Below, in pieces: positions 11,901 to 25,717 of a stretch of DNA of 64,000 nt. Positions within the stretch are counted from its first letter, which is position 1; each line of letters starts with the position of its first letter. Below the pieces are notes generated by a model, which made no database searches, was not told where the DNA came from, and was given only the letters and a program-made list of their open reading frames with translations. Both the position numbers and the translations under genes were made by a program. This DNA is from Penicillus capitatus (lineage: Eukaryota; Plantae; Chlorophyta), in contig OZ287695.1 of the NCBI GenBank assembly GCA_965649825.1, positions 1,663,288 through 1,727,287 on the forward strand, given 5' to 3'.

Positions 11901-13081
11901 CGTACGAAGAGGGCTGGATGAAACCTCGTCCTCCTCAGGTCCACACAGGCAAAGCGGTGGCGATCATCGGCAGCGGTCCGGCTGGATTGGCCGCAGCTGA
12001 TCAGCTTAATAAAATGGGCCATACGGTGACGGTCTATGAACGCGCTGACCGTGTGGGAGGGCTCATGATGTACGGTGTTCCGAATATGAAGACAGACAAG
12101 GTCGATGTTGTGCAGAGGCGCGTTGATATCATGGAGCAGGAAGGTGTGCGGTTTGTCACCAATGCGCATGTGGGAGTCGATATCTCCTCTGGTGAGATTC
12201 TGGCCTCCAACGATGCCGTTTTGTTGGCAGCTGGTGCCACAAAGCCACGATCTCTGCCAATTGAAGGGAAGGATCTTAAAGGCATCCACTTTGCGATGGA
12301 TTTCTTGACTGCCAATACCAAATCGCTGTTGGATTCTCAACTGCAGGATGGTCAGTACATAAGCGCCGCCGGCAAGAATGTCGTCGTCATTGGAGGCGGA
12401 GATACAGGCACGGACTGCATTGGCACAAGTGTCAGGCACGGTGCCAAGAATGTGATCAATCTGGAATTGTTGGACAAGCCTCCTCCAACGCGTTCTGAGG
12501 CGACTCCGTGGCCTTTGTGGCCAAGAATGTTCCGTGTGGACTATGGCCATGCGGAATCCGCCAAGAAATTTGGCCACGATCCACGCGACTATAATGTCAT
12601 GAGCAAGCGTTTCCTCGGAGACGACGAAGGAAATGTTGTTGGCATCGAAGTCGTCCGTGTGAAATTTGAGAAAGATCCCGAAACTGGAAAATCTCAGTTG
12701 GTAGAGATCCCCGGTAGCACACAAGTCATCGAAGCAGATATGGTTTTGTTGGCTCTCGGATTCTTGGGTCCCGAAAAGACGTTGGCCGATGCTTTTGGAC
12801 TGGATACAGATGCACGCAGCAACTTCAAAGCAACCATGCGCGATTTCAGCACAAGCGTTCCAGGAGTCTTTGCTGCGGGCGATTGCAGAAGAGGACAGTC
12901 CCTCGTTGTTTGGGCCATCGCTGAGGGCAGAAAAGCCGCAGATGCCATCGACACGTAAGCCTGCCCTCTACCGAAGGGTCTTGTCAAGACATGGCTGCTG
13001 TTGTGATGTAGGTATTTGACAAAGGACGTTACGGAGGTCACACAAGGAGCAGTGCTGGCAACAACAGCCAGGGAAGAGTAA
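5970..13081 (+). CDS. GLT1: NADH-dependent glutamate synthase (fused large and small subunit GOGAT), plastid-targeted
   Basis: DACGVGF (N-terminal Cys nucleophile), [73 protein letters not shown]. About 9 short introns; a final intron after 12955 restores AIDTYL, stop at 13079-13081. Confidence 0.98.
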
Positions 13082-13218
13082 TGCCCTCCTTGAAATTCAT
13101 AGTTCTTGACGCTGGTGGATTTTTGACTTTCATGGTGACTCCTTGCACATAACCAAAGAACGACAAAGAACTTTGACATTGCATGACGATCCATTTAAGA
13201 AGCGTTGATCATGACACA

Positions 13219-14443
13219 TCAAGTGAATTCATGGGGAAACATGGCGCCCGTAACTTTCCGTCGAGTTCGTGCCACAAGCTCCAGCAAGTCGGGCAGATGA
13301 TATTTCTTGCTGATGTGTAATACAGCATCATCTGAAACGGGATGCAAGAATCTAGGAATCCACAACGCACATACTAAGCATGTTCGCCCCCGAGCACACA
13401 TGACACGTACCGTTCTTGTGGCTGTAAAACCTGATCCATCGTCTGGCAGCCATCAAACTTCACCGCAAGGTCTCTGTTTCGTCCACATGATTAGATGACG
13501 CATGAGTGATTTGAGAGGGATTACAGTGGAGGAATGGCAGGCGATGTGTTCGCTGCCGTTGTCTGAATCCTCTTGCTTTGAGACTTGGCCAATAGCATCA
13601 GCAGAACAGCGCATCTGCGCCGGACCACAAGGTTGGAGTAGATGCGATAGATGGCATAGTAGAAAGGCAGATTTGGCAGAGGCGTTAACTACAAAGCCAC
13701 AGAGCACATACAACTCAAGTCATACTACTACTGCATGAGGACTTACAAACAATAAGAGCAAAGGCATTGCACTGATGCTCCACGTCGCCTGAACCAACAG
13801 CCCGTTCACAAATGTATGCGTTCTCTTGACTGGCATCTGATGCACGTACCAGAGAAAGGGTGTGCACAGAGCGTCGCTGTTTGAGCAAGATTCGAAGACG
13901 TCTTCTCACAAACGCTTCCCTGAGACTGTCCTGCATCTCCCCACTCACGCATCGCAGTAGTGGATGTAAAGGAGTGTGTTCTCTTTACTGGATAGAGAAT
14001 GTGCAGATGGTGGATGTCAGATGCTTTGGGTATCTTTTTGAAGGATGTCTCGTGGGGATCCTCACGCGCCAGGACACGTTGTGCCAATCTGATCACCCGG
14101 TACAATGTCATGGCAGATCTGCCCATGCGCTCTCACTTGTAGATTCTGCCTTTCATGGTCTTCTCACGAGCCTTTTCGAAATCTGTCCACATCTGAGCCA
14201 ACCGTGTCTTAAACTATCGCACAGACATGTCCCGTTATGCATAGTGGGCGACAGAGTCTGGAGATAGACGCTGTTCTGGGCTCGGTTCAGGAGCTGTTGC
14301 ACTTCGCGTTGGAGCCGCGATCGCGCTGCTGTTCGCAAAGAAGGCGTCTTTTGCGGTACGACATGTGTTGATTTGGAGACGGCAGTATAGAAGAGGTAAT
14401 GCCTTTGGAAAACAGGGAGAACAAACACACGCACAAGCGACAT
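13219..14443 (-). CDS. Mitochondrial K+/H+ exchange-related protein (Mit_KHE1-like), multi-exon
   Basis: VRVFVLPVFQRHYLFY, AQRVLAREDPHE, FVRRRLR, spliced LTPLPNLPFYYAIYRIYSN, C-terminal DDAVLHISKKYHLPDLLELV. Confidence 0.75.
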
Positions 14444-14517
14444 CGCAGACAATGTTCATTTATCCCATCCATCCATGAACAGGCAAAACAAATGGAAGAA
14501 GGTAGACGTAGATGGTC

Positions 14518-15999
14518 TCACTCTTCTAGCAACTCAACAACGGCGGCCTCCTGGTCATCACACTTGATGAGGGACTCACCGACCAAGACAGCTTTGCATC
14601 CAGCCTGCAGAAGAGCATTGTCATTTCAGCAGAGCTTTGCCAGTACGCACTCGATACAAAGTCTTGAGATCGCCTTTTGTGCAGATACCCGATTCTCCCA
14701 CAATTAGCACGCCGCGATACAGGAGCTGAACAGACAGGAAAGTGTGAGAGGGTGTATTGAGCGGTGTCCTACGTCTTGGCCATCCGGAGTGGAGAGAAGA
14801 CGTGCTGTTGTGCTCAAGTCTACTTCAAAGGTTTCCAAGTTGCGATTATTGATTCCGATCATATGATATTCCAATCCTTCGATTTGCGCCACGCGTTGCA
14901 GCTCTCTTTCATCATGAACCTGTGACCATGCTCACAGTCCGTGCCAGATACTGGATGCGTGATGATGAAACTTCTATAAGACATTGCATGCCTAGACTGC
15001 TCGCTGCGCTAATGAAGTAGTTAAGGTCCTTGTTCGGCAGCACAGCAGCAATAAGCAAAATGGCATCCGCTCCACTAAAGGCGATTGTTTATTCGGCAGA
15101 TGAATCCATAAGTGTGTACTGAGCACGGGCCATGAATAGCTGATAGGCTTCTATAATAAACTCTTTGCAGAGAAGAGGACATGCCACACCTGCCTCCAGA
15201 ATCGACTTTAGATTCTTGAACCCTCCCTATCATCACACCACACCTCATGTTCGTCTTTGTCCGGACCAAGAGGTGTCACCTGAAAGTACTTCCTATCCGT
15301 TAAGACGCTCAGACAGGAGGCGCCGCCTCTCTCGTAACTCTGGGCGATGCGGACGGGGTCAAAGTTGGGTTGGATGACACCCTTGCTGGGAGATGCCTTT
15401 TTCACTTCGGCAATCAATCCAGGGCGACCTCAACCGTATCACTCTGACGTCGTCTTCATTGGTGATATGGAAACCTGTTCTCGCAGCTGCATCGAGCAGT
15501 CGTTGTTTGAAATCCCTTGGAGGTGGCATCTTTGCGATCATATTCGCGAGAGACTGCATCGATCGTATGCTCCGCATATCTTCAATTTCTTGATTTTTGT
15601 ACCTGAAATCACTTCTCACTCTTTCTCACACGACGCACTCAGTAGAAATACCAGACGATCTCTTCCAGAATGCTTTGCGGTTTACAAGTTGGATCGGAAT
15701 TTTCGACTTCGAACATCAATGGCCCACACCTGCACGATCCTTTCCGCTAAGCATTTGATTTCACAGATCCAGAAATCGAACTGCTGATTAATGGAGCCTG
15801 TCGGGGGTCGCCTGCGGATGCTCACCTCTGAATCTTTCTATCGAACAACACAAGAACAGCAGATCGCGCGTGCCTACCCGTCTTTTACCTCGCAAGCGAC
15901 ACCAAGGCGGCGACTGCGTTGCGAAGACACATGTCTTGTCGCCGGACGAAGCGGTCGCCGATGAGGAGCGGCAATAGCGCGGCGAGATACCAAACTCAT
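14518..15999 (-). CDS. IGPS: Indole-3-glycerol phosphate synthase, plastid
   Basis: Transit peptide [12 protein letters not shown], plant-type [58 protein letters not shown]. Confidence 0.95.
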
Positions 16000-16080
16000 T
16001 AAGGAATGATGTGCTATGCGTTCATTTGTTACACTCTTGTCAATTCAATCTCGGGAGAAGCAAAGCATGGGTCGTGTTGT

Positions 16081-18075
16081 CTAAATACTCGGAAAATCCA
16101 GCGATTCTTTAGCAGCGAGTTCGGACATCTCCGCGGAGAAGATGTCATTGGGTGCATAGATACGAGCCTTGAGATAACTCTCTATCGCTTTCCTATGTTG
16201 ATCCTGGAGATGATAGATGAGGCCGATCGCATTGTATGTCCCCGGTTCAAAAGGACAAAGGCTCAGTGCTATGTTGTAGTGTTTGAGTGCCTCTTTGAAT
16301 CTTTTCTCTTTGCGCATGGCATGCCCCAAGTTCACATGAATCGGCTCCCATTGAGGATTCCTTTCTGTGGAGGGAACACGGGCCAATGCACGGAGAAAAG
16401 ATTCTGTTGCCTCTTTGTACTCGGCCCTGTAGTACTGAACCATGCCAAGCTGTGCCAAAGGCAGCGGATCTCCGGGACAGAGATTGTATGCCGTCTCAAA
16501 ATTGACTTTGGCACTTTCCAGAAGATTCAGACGCAGATTTTCCATTCCAATGTACACACTGGGCAAATGCAATCCAGGAAACAGACTCTGCGCCGTTCGA
16601 TAGGCAGCCAGGGCCTAGAACGACAGAAGGAACAATTTCGGAGTAAAGACATTCGCCACACCTGTTCCGTTTCTGATTGGGCAGCAAAGGCATTTCCGAG
16701 GGCAATCCAGGCAGGGGCGAAGTATCGGTCGAGGGAATTGGAACGACTGAAAGCCTTCCGAGCCGCCGTATAATTCTTGACAGACATATAGTACACACCG
16801 AAAGCATAAAAAGCCAAAGCGCTCTCCGGACAGAGACGGGCCAGTGCTTGACCAAGGATGTAGAGTTCAGGCGTTTTCTTGAGCTCCAGGCAAACAGCAA
16901 GATGCAAGGGATAGATCTGCAATGTCTCTTCGGATTTTTCAAGGAGGCGTTTGGTGATGACAAACGCTTTGATGTTCGATCCCCTAAAATGCAAGAATCT
17001 CTCGTGCTGTCTGCCGAAGAGCCGACCTGCTGTAGTGCCACTCTGCTCGAGAGAGTTGGACATCGATACTGTTCTCCAAACTCGTCCGTCCCGAATCTAC
17101 AACGTCAGCATCCAGATTCTCTGGCTGATCTGTCACTCCTGCCCTCGACATACAGAGTCACGCCTTTTGCCATATCCGAAATCTGTGACCTGGAGAGGAA
17201 CTGCGATGCGAGTCGGTGTGAGACTGTCGCGATCGATTTGTTTGATCGCTCGGCCTCAACGGAACGGACGCATCGAGAAACTTCACCGATTCCTTCAAAT
17301 GCATCACCGTTGCTTCAAAGACCTCAGCATACTATGCACGCCCTCGCCCATACCTTCCAACTCAGGTCACTCTACTTTGGCATTAATGCAAGAATAGAGG
17401 GCCTTGATCCATGTGATGTCGGAACTGCATAAGAGTCCCTCAATAAAGTACGCTCCGTCTTTCTGAGACAGCATGTGGTTTTCGACCAAGGCATGGAATG
17501 CCTCGTAACAGTAGGGATCCGTCTTCAATGCCTTCTTATACCACATGACTGCCACTTCCAAGTTTTCCAGCGCCTCCCATGCCTGAGCGCGAATCACGAA
17601 GAGTGTGGCGAGCCATCCCGGTGCCTACACAGACACACAACAGATCGCAGGAATCGACTGACAATGGCGCTGCGTACCGTTTCCGCCTCTTCGAACTCTC
17701 TCTCATCTGCATCGTCCTCTCCACCGATCGCGTGAATACAATCCTCATAGGCCTTGCAGTTTAGAAGGCATCTTCCGACGAGGCAAGTGAATCGGCAGTT
17801 GCGCAGGGTCAGGCGGTACTGGTTGATCACCGCCACTGCCCGACGATATTCATCGTTATCATACAACGCCTGTACGCATCCATACTCCGAAGCCGGCCTT
17901 CGATCCAATGCGACGCTCCGCTCACCTGTGCGAAGATATAGACGTCTTCTGGCGTCGACGACAGCGTGACGAGCTTCTCCGCATAGAACACCGCTGTCTT
18001 CGTCTGGCGCTTCTCTGTCGCTCCCTTAACGCAACGACGCAACATTTCGCAGAATCCATCGCGTGTTTGCGACAT
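16081..18075 (-). CDS. APC6: Anaphase-promoting complex subunit 6 (Cdc16), TPR protein
   Basis: TAVFYAEKLVTLS, ALKTDPYCYEAF, FAPAWIALGNAFA, HLPSVYIGME, WEPIHVNLGHAMRK. Confidence 0.93.
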
Positions 18076-18198
18076 CTCGAATCTCTCTCGCTAAAGAAAA
18101 GAGTCGATGACGCAAATGTCATGCACGTTGTCAGGTGTAAGTCATCGATAACGACGACGACGTTGTCTCCATCTATTATCCGTCTCCCTTTTACCAAC

Positions 18199-19686
18199 AT
18201 GATTATCCGCATCCGTTCGCGGTTGGACCCCTGAGGCACTGCCCCGGCCAACGTGTGCTACGTAGTGACGGCGTGGAACGCGTTGATGTGAGAGAAGGGG
18301 GGTCGGTCGGGGATCTCTACCAAGTGGTAGCGACACAATTGGGTATTCCCCTAGACGACCTGCGACTGTCGAAAGACCCCAAACTGGTAAACGTCTCTTC
18401 TTCGAAAAACGGTCTCCGACGGTGTCGGACAGCTACTGGCGGGGACGACGGTCCATCAGTTCTCGGATTTGGCAAAACGTGGAATGAGTCTGCAGAGAGC
18501 CAGACTTGAAAATGGGACAATGGTGTATGCACTCTATTCTGAAGAAAGGACCGTCGAGCCTGTCTATCGCAAATCCAAGTTCGAAGAGCGCCTCTTCGGT
18601 AAGGACAGAGCAGACAGACGTCACATCCTTCACGAATGGACGGTGGTAGGGAACAAGATGACTATTGAAGAGATGGTGGCACAGCAGGTGCGCATTGAGC
18701 GACAAGAGAAGGCAGTGGCCGCCTCTGTGTCATTCGATCACAGCGCTGCCAATGAATTCCAAGTGTATGTTCGTTCGGCATTGGCCTTCTCTGTCAAACG
18801 CGGAGGACTGCTTTACGGAACGGTGGATGAAGAGAACAACGTCAAAGTGGAATTCGTATACGAGCCGCCACAACACGCAACACAATTCGAACTCCTCTTG
18901 GAGAGGGAGACAGAAGAGGAACACCTCGTCGATCTGATTGCCGAAAATCTAGGGTACCTACCATCCAGTACACAGAGGGAGTATCTGCGTCTACTGTTTG
19001 CTGGGGTGTAGTTTGACGAAGGTAGGATGGATTTTTGCCCAGAGCTCTGAAGAGAGAGACTTCATCGTTTCGGCCGAGGAACTGAGACAGATGGCTGCTA
19101 TGCAAGCAGAGATCGGCGAGACTGGCATCACCGCCATTGTCTCTCTGGACATGAGCGAAGACGAAGGCCACGTTCACTTTGAAGTCGTTCTTCCGCTATG
19201 GATGCTGAAGTGGTGGAATGTGTCTTGTGTCGTCAGGCTTATCAGTGTTCAAGGCAGTGTGTGTCGCTGTGGAGCAAGAACTGGTTTCGTGATGAAGCGG
19301 GTAGCTCGATGGGTGTCATGAAGATGCGAAATCCAGATAAACCGTCGGACAAGACACCTGTCATCTTGACAGGGAAGGAAGTGGAGGAAGTCGACAATCA
19401 TTTCTTTCTCTGTCCCGTGAACATTCTGGATCACCAAGGCTCCCTGAAATGTGGCTTTCCTGTGGAGAATCGACTCCTGACACAGGGCAAAGCAGATCTG
19501 AAGAAAGCGTTGACATTGGATCGCTCTGCTGCTTACAACAAGAAGCTGGCAGATTTTCATTTGCTGCTGTACTTAGCTGGAAAACTGGAGAGAGACGACC
19601 TGGTGGCCATCTGTTCGTGCATTCGCAGCGGCGAGGCCATCTTGGAAGGATACCGATTTCTGATAGATTCAATTGCGGAGCTGTAG
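18199..19686 (+). CDS. NPL4: NPL4 (CDC48/UFD1 cofactor)
   Basis: Spliced MIIRIRSRDGVERV, KRGGLLYG, VEFVYEPPQ, VGWIFAQ, VHFEAYQCS, FPVENR. Confidence 0.93.
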
Positions 19687-19827
19687 GGCGTACATTGCGA
19701 AAATACTTTGAGACATACAAGTTCGAATGGTATAAAACACAAATCCAATGGATCGATGGACGCCGACTCTTTTCTCTGTCATCTGAACGACGCCGCCAGT
19801 GAGCGTAACCACAAAGGCGGCGTACGG

Positions 19828-21400
19828 TTATTTCATCGGGGGTGCGTTTTCGTCAGCCGAGTACCATTCCGTCAACGGATCTTCGATGCCACTGTCGCGA
19901 CAGAAGTACCGAGCAAGCTTCAGTGCTCTTTGCTCCTGCGCACGACAAATCACGTTCGACTCAACCGATCGTGATCTGGATGTCGATACCTGCTCCAATG
20001 CTCGGTCTTTGTGAAAACACGCCGCCTGCAGTGCCTCGTTCATTTCGCGATCCATGTCTTCCAGAACGCGCGATGCAGATGAGGGTGTGGCAGAGTCATG
20101 GAGCGTCTCTGTGTTGTCGGAAGGGCGGCGGCTGTTTTCCACTGTCAGACATTGGCTGTACGAGGATCCGAGTGAGCTGTGCGATCTCGAAGTGCGTCTG
20201 GAAATACGTGCTCTTGACCTGCAACGTCTCTCCGAGTGCCTTCTTTCGGAAGGACGGCCACCGGATCGTCTGCTGGACGGGCGATATTCAGTATTCCGAT
20301 CTGTTCGACGGTTTCGTCGAGGTGTGGGTCTCGTTGTCTCCGGAATACATCCAGAGTCCGCCGTTGACGAACTCCCGCTGCGCGTGACGCTGCTCGTGTG
20401 CGTTAGCAGGCATTGCGAAGGGGTTTGTTTTTCAGACAGGCATGGCGTATTCCGCGGACCGTCATCGTTAGCGTCATCTCTCTGGGTATCTTCCAGTTGC
20501 AGATCTTCGCAAGGCGACCGAATGGCCATCGGCTGTCGGTCTTCCTGATCGACATCCACGGTGCTGCGCTCCGAGAGTCCCCTTTCTCTCAAATGACAGG
20601 ATCGCGTTGCCGTGGCAGGAGAAAGAGGCGGACTTGTGGGCGGCAACAGATATGGCGATGAACTGACAGAGCGCGGTAAGCTTGAATAGAAGCTCCTCGG
20701 CGCGATGCCCTTCCAATTCTCAGCGAGGCCAATTCGATGTCGCGGAGAAGACTCCATCGCGACTGGGAGGCTCGCTTTAACTCCGGCAGAGGGTGGTCGG
20801 AGAGAGGCCATCTCATTCATCGACATTGGATGCGGTTTGCTAAGCACCTCAGTCGTCTGCACGCTGGCATTCTTCTTCTCGGTTTCGGATCGGAATGTCT
20901 GCGTCTGCGCATGACAGGGCGGCGAAACCAATTCTCGTTCTTTCATCTCGTTCTGCAGTGTGGATAGCTGTGCTTGAAGCTTTTTTCGCGTTTTTTCGAG
21001 CTTCTCTTGTCGCGCGTTCGAAATCTGGAATAGAAGGATCTCGGTCAAGTATGGAAATCAAGCGAGAGTCATTGCCTGCCGAAGTTCTCGAAATCGCTCT
21101 TTCTTCGTCGGCGTTGTAAGGCTCGGTGCGACGCCCTAGGATCAGATATCATCGTTGTTCGTGTCGACGAACGAGCCAAACGTCGTCTCTTTCAGCAAGG
21201 CGCCATTCGCGCAGTGTCTGGCGAAGTCGAGCTGTCTCCTCTTCTCTGGACATCGCAATTCTCTCCCATAGCTGCGCTCCACGTTGCAAGTCAACGTTTC
21301 GCATCTCCGTCTCTCGCAGTTTCTCTTTCAGATAGACGACTTCTTTCTGAAGATGATCGCAGGCGCAGTGCGCTGAAAACAGAGAGGTATGACCACTGCC
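19828..21400 (-). CDS. Unknown Ser/Arg-rich low-complexity and coiled-coil protein; 5' end unresolved
   Basis: 406-codon ORF with coiled-coil segments, plus an upstream coiled-coil exon (DHLQKEVVYLKEKLRETEMRN); no family recognised. Confidence 0.5.
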
Positions 21401-22085
21401 TGGCGCGACAATGAGAGTATCGCACCGACACGAGCGGTATCGCGAAGACGATGCAGTTCACCACTCAACGAGGCGAGCAACGGAGACACTGTCCACAGCA
21501 AACACCGAGTCTGCAGCTCGGATAGGCTCAGAACTGCACGGAGGACTTACGGCGTTGAGGAGAATCGTAGATGCTATTGCCTCCTGTCATCTCGCCGGTC
21601 GAGGATGTCAAAGGCGACGACGGGCACTGGTTTGACGATTTTCACGGTTGGATGCTTTGCAATGCGATGCAATCCGCTTCGTTCGTTTCCGAAGCAAACG
21701 CGGAATCCAGATCGATCACGGCTCACGTATCCGACATGCTTTGATGCGCATGGAGGGTTCTCGCCTCGATAGCACACGACACATACATGCAACGGTTCTC
21801 CTTTACACCTAGCGGCCTTGTGTTTCGTCTTTTCCGTATCGGGCGATCGACGACGCTTGGAAAAAGGCGAGATTGACGACGCCCGACAAACCATCTCGAA
21901 ACCTCGGAGACTCTCGGGATTTGGTCTCAGACGAACGCACGTTCTCGCTCACGTCATCGAGAAACGAGATTTGGTTTGTACACTGCACAACCCCGTGCCC
22001 GTTCGTCAAAGAAGTGCCCACTCGCATACGAGAGTGAGTTCCGTGGATATGCAGTTGACCCGCCATGTGTCGATTCAGTCTCCGG

Positions 22086-23237
22086 TCAGAGGAGGAACAC
22101 CGATTCCTCAACGCATGTCACTCGAGTGGTGCCGCAGCTCTGTGCGCAACTGTAGACGGCAATAGACGACCAATCCCATTCTAAGGAACAGACATATCCA
22201 GAACGAACAGCTTTCTGGATGTCGACGCGCTCCATAGATCCATTGTCCGACTGAAACCACACAGCCGCTTCGTAGAGCGCTCCAATGAAATGTGGCATGA
22301 GTTGCATCTCGTAGACGCGATGGCTGCCACACTCTGGACAGCAACTCGGTCTAGGCACCATGTTGGTTGGATTCAACAGAGGCGCATGGAAGCCGTAACG
22401 AACGCATTGTTGGGGACAGGCTTGGATTCGTTGCTGGAATCTCCAGAAAGCGCCATCATCGACGGCTTTGTAATCAGCCTTCTCATAGGTTTCGTTCTGC
22501 CAGGATGCATCTTCGCTTCCTTTGGTCGTCACTCGCTCGTACCTCTCCAGCGACGACTGAACACGCAGCAGATCTGTACAGTCATCTTTGATGCTCTCTT
22601 CGACAGGAGGCTCTCTTTCGGCATAGATATGAAATTCAGGCAAAAGAGCTTCTCTTTCGATCTTTGCTCCGCCAACCGGATGACTGCCAACAGATGTTCT
22701 TTTTTTCTTCGACGGTTTCTTGCTTTTCTTCTTGGGTGCAGATTCCAGCGCCTCTCTCAGTCCTTCCAGAGAGAAAGATGCATTTTCTGTCATCGGTTTC
22801 GTCTCCTCTGCCAACTCTTTCAAGAAAGAAGGAGCAGTGGCGTTCTCTGTAGAGGCGAGTTGGGTTGCTGGACGCGTCGTCGAATCAAACTGAATTCGGA
22901 AGCATTTCCAGCATCTCTGTTCTTTGCCGCATCCTTTTCGAACACATCCGAAGACGAAGAGCCATCTTTCAGGGCAGTCATGTCCAATCTGATTGCGTTT
23001 CAACGGGGCATGTGTCTATCAGCGGAGATCAGAGATGCACTCTTTCCATTGGAAAACGCCTCTTACTTGCAGTGCCAATGCCAACGGATCTCCACATACA
23101 GTGCAGAACGCAGACTCGAATACCTCCCGACGACAGAAGGTCGGTAGGATGGGACAGCCGCCGACTTTGGTGCCATAGACATCCGGCCTCTCTTCAGAAA
23201 CGATGTAGTCCCCCGGAAGTCCGATAAACACGTTCAT
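22086..23237 (-). CDS. PDCD2L: PDCD2-like (uS5 chaperone family) protein
   Basis: TKVGGCP, CTVCGDPLAL, LFVFGC, FQQRIQACPQQCVRY, CPECGSHRVYEMQLMP, DWSSIAVYSC. Confidence 0.88.
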
Positions 23238-23376
23238 TGATAGGACCCTGCCCACACTTCTGCGTAAGTTCTCAACTGAGAAAGTGATCAACACCTCCAC
23301 ACGCGCACCTCGTCTGTCACTTCAAGAACTGGCTAAAAGATGCGTCATTTCATTGTGCAACCTGTTGAACTTTACC

Positions 23377-25035
23377 ATGGCTGCTATTCGTTTTACGCAG
23401 AGAACCGAGTTAAATGCCTATGTTTACAATACAGAGCACACAGTTGATGTGCTCATCACGATAAGGGCTGACAGATTAGCCCAGGAAGAGAATCGAGCAC
23501 GGTTGTGTCTCAGTGCGGCTATCGACCGTTCGTCCTCAATGCGTCGGCGAAAAATCTCGCTCGTCAAGAAAACGATGCAGTTTGTCGTGCGGCAGCTCTG
23601 CGAGACGGACCGCCTCGGACTCATAACTTATCACACAAACGTATACTAACCCCCATCATTACACAAGTCACACTTTTGACATGCGTTCGCGAACAGGCAG
23701 AAGAAGTGTTTCCGATGACGAACATGACTGCCGAGGCGAAGCAGAAGGGAGACAAAGTCGTGCGGAGTATCCAGAGCGACCGGTTCACCGATTTGTCCGG
23801 CGGACTCTTCCAGTCCATTAGCCAGCTCAAGAGATCCCTTCCAAATGATGAAGATGGCAATCCAGGTGGCATCCCTACTGCCATGTGACCACAAAGCATG
23901 TCTGTTTATTAGGCCCCGTTGCCGCGGTCCTGCTTCTGACAGATGGTTTACCGACAAGGGGCATCAGAGATCCTATGATACTCAAAAATACATTGAAGGG
24001 TGCATTGAGCATGGGACCGCCAATCAAGATCCATACCTTTGGCTACGGCAGCGATCACGATGCAGAACTGCTGAAGGATTTGGCAGACATCGGCGGCGGA
24101 AACTATTATGCCATCTCAGCCGATACAGATGTTCCCACATTCTTTGCCGATGCTCTGGGCGGCCTCGTCTCCGTCGTTGTCCAGAACATCGTTGTAGATA
24201 TCTCTACAGCTCGACGCGATGTCCAGATCCAAAAGATCTTCACAGGATTAAAGATCGAGGGGAAGGAGGATGGAAGCTGGTCTGTGCGTTCAGATGATCT
24301 CTATGCCGAAGAGCGTAAAGATATCATTGTGCGTTTAAAGATTCCACCTTTGCAGTCTCCTGTCGAAGCAGAAGGATTACTTCATGTCCAACTCTCCTAC
24401 TTCGACGTCCAAGAAGCACAGAGCATCACAAACGAAGCTGTTGTATGTGTCAAGAGACCGGAAATGATCGTGGGGGATCAAGTCGCCGATGAAGATTTCT
24501 TGGACCAACGTCTCCGTGTGGAAGTGACTGATACCATCGAAAAGGCAACCAGTTTGGCAAACACCGGAAACCTGACGGGTGCGCTGAGACGTGTCGATCG
24601 GCAACTGGAAGATGTGCAACAGAATCATCATTCGGAGTATGCCAATGCTGTTCTCTCCGATCTCATCGAAACGAGAAGCGTCGTCTCCGATGCCGAGGTA
24701 AGATCCATATCATTGCACTCGATCTCGATTCGTGGTGTCTGATGCCGAAGGTTTATCGATCGAGTTACCATTCGCTGTATCGTATGGCAAGTTCGCATGG
24801 TAATCAGCGAGGATCTTCACACTTTTGGTCAGACATTCAATGCCGCAGTATCGACGGAGCTCAACAGTCTGTTTTTGCCAATACGCGTACTCTGTCGAAC
24901 GCATCAAGTGGCATCAATCCGCCGTTGAGTGTTGCACCCAATGCCAACGGACAGGAGTGTGAATCAAACCATCGTCTAGATAGTGGATCTGCTTTCAATC
25001 CACCAAGATCGCAGAGCTCGATGAACGCTCCGTGA
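23377..25035 (+). CDS. von Willebrand factor A domain protein with a Vwaint-like C-terminal helical domain
   Basis: MIDAS motif DRSSSM, TDLSGGL, LLLTDG, IHTFGYGSDHD, GGNYY, FADALGGLVSVV; C-terminal SSHGNQR. Confidence 0.88.
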
Positions 25036-25078
25036 GACACAGTCTCTGATAAAATGCGAAGGATTCGCGAAATTTTGG

Positions 25079-25705
25079 CTATTTATGATTGGATAACACG
25101 TCCTGTGCTTTTGAAGGCATGCTGTGACTCCTTCCCGATCTTCTGTTTCTTGTCAAGGCAGTGTTTAGCTGCATGAACTGTTTCTTCTTCTTGACGTCGA
25201 ACAACCATTTGGCATTCGTGCGACCTGACGAGGAATATGTGCCGAGATTTGGGGGAATCAAGATCAGGTGCTTTGCTCGTACATTGTCGTCGAAGAACGA
25301 TTCCAGTACTAAACGAAACGTAGTGACGGTGTCACATTACCTGTAACGACCCTGTTGTTTTCGTTTGCATCCCGTGTGCCAACAGAGCTGAAGGCTAGAA
25401 AACGCCAATCACATGAGGGTCTATTCCTCGATCGAATGAAAGGACATGCAACACGAGAGTCCATCGATCACTCAGGAAAAGCAATCCACCCCATCTGTAT
25501 CGGAACAGGCCTTGCATTTCTCGAAGTCAAACACAACACACGCATTCTCTCTTCAATAACGTCCTCATTACGCACCGTCGAGACAAAATGCTCGACAGTC
25601 ACATCTCCTGCAGAACAGATGATGATGCATCAAGATTCTTTTACTCCTCTCAGGATATCGTCCAAAACAATCATCGTTGTTAAGAATATGCATTTGTTGT
25701 GGCAT
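25079..25705 (-). CDS. Possible small multi-exon gene of unknown function
   Basis: Several GT..AG-bounded segments join short open frames, but the model needs unusually short (32-37 nt) introns and no family is recognised. Confidence 0.3.
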
Positions 25706-25717
25706 AACAGCTGATAC

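Noticed and set aside
9137-12724. Long antisense ORFs (396 and 734 aa) opposite GLT1, and similar shadow ORFs elsewhere
   Set aside because: Codon-register shadows of real genes with no recognisable motifs.
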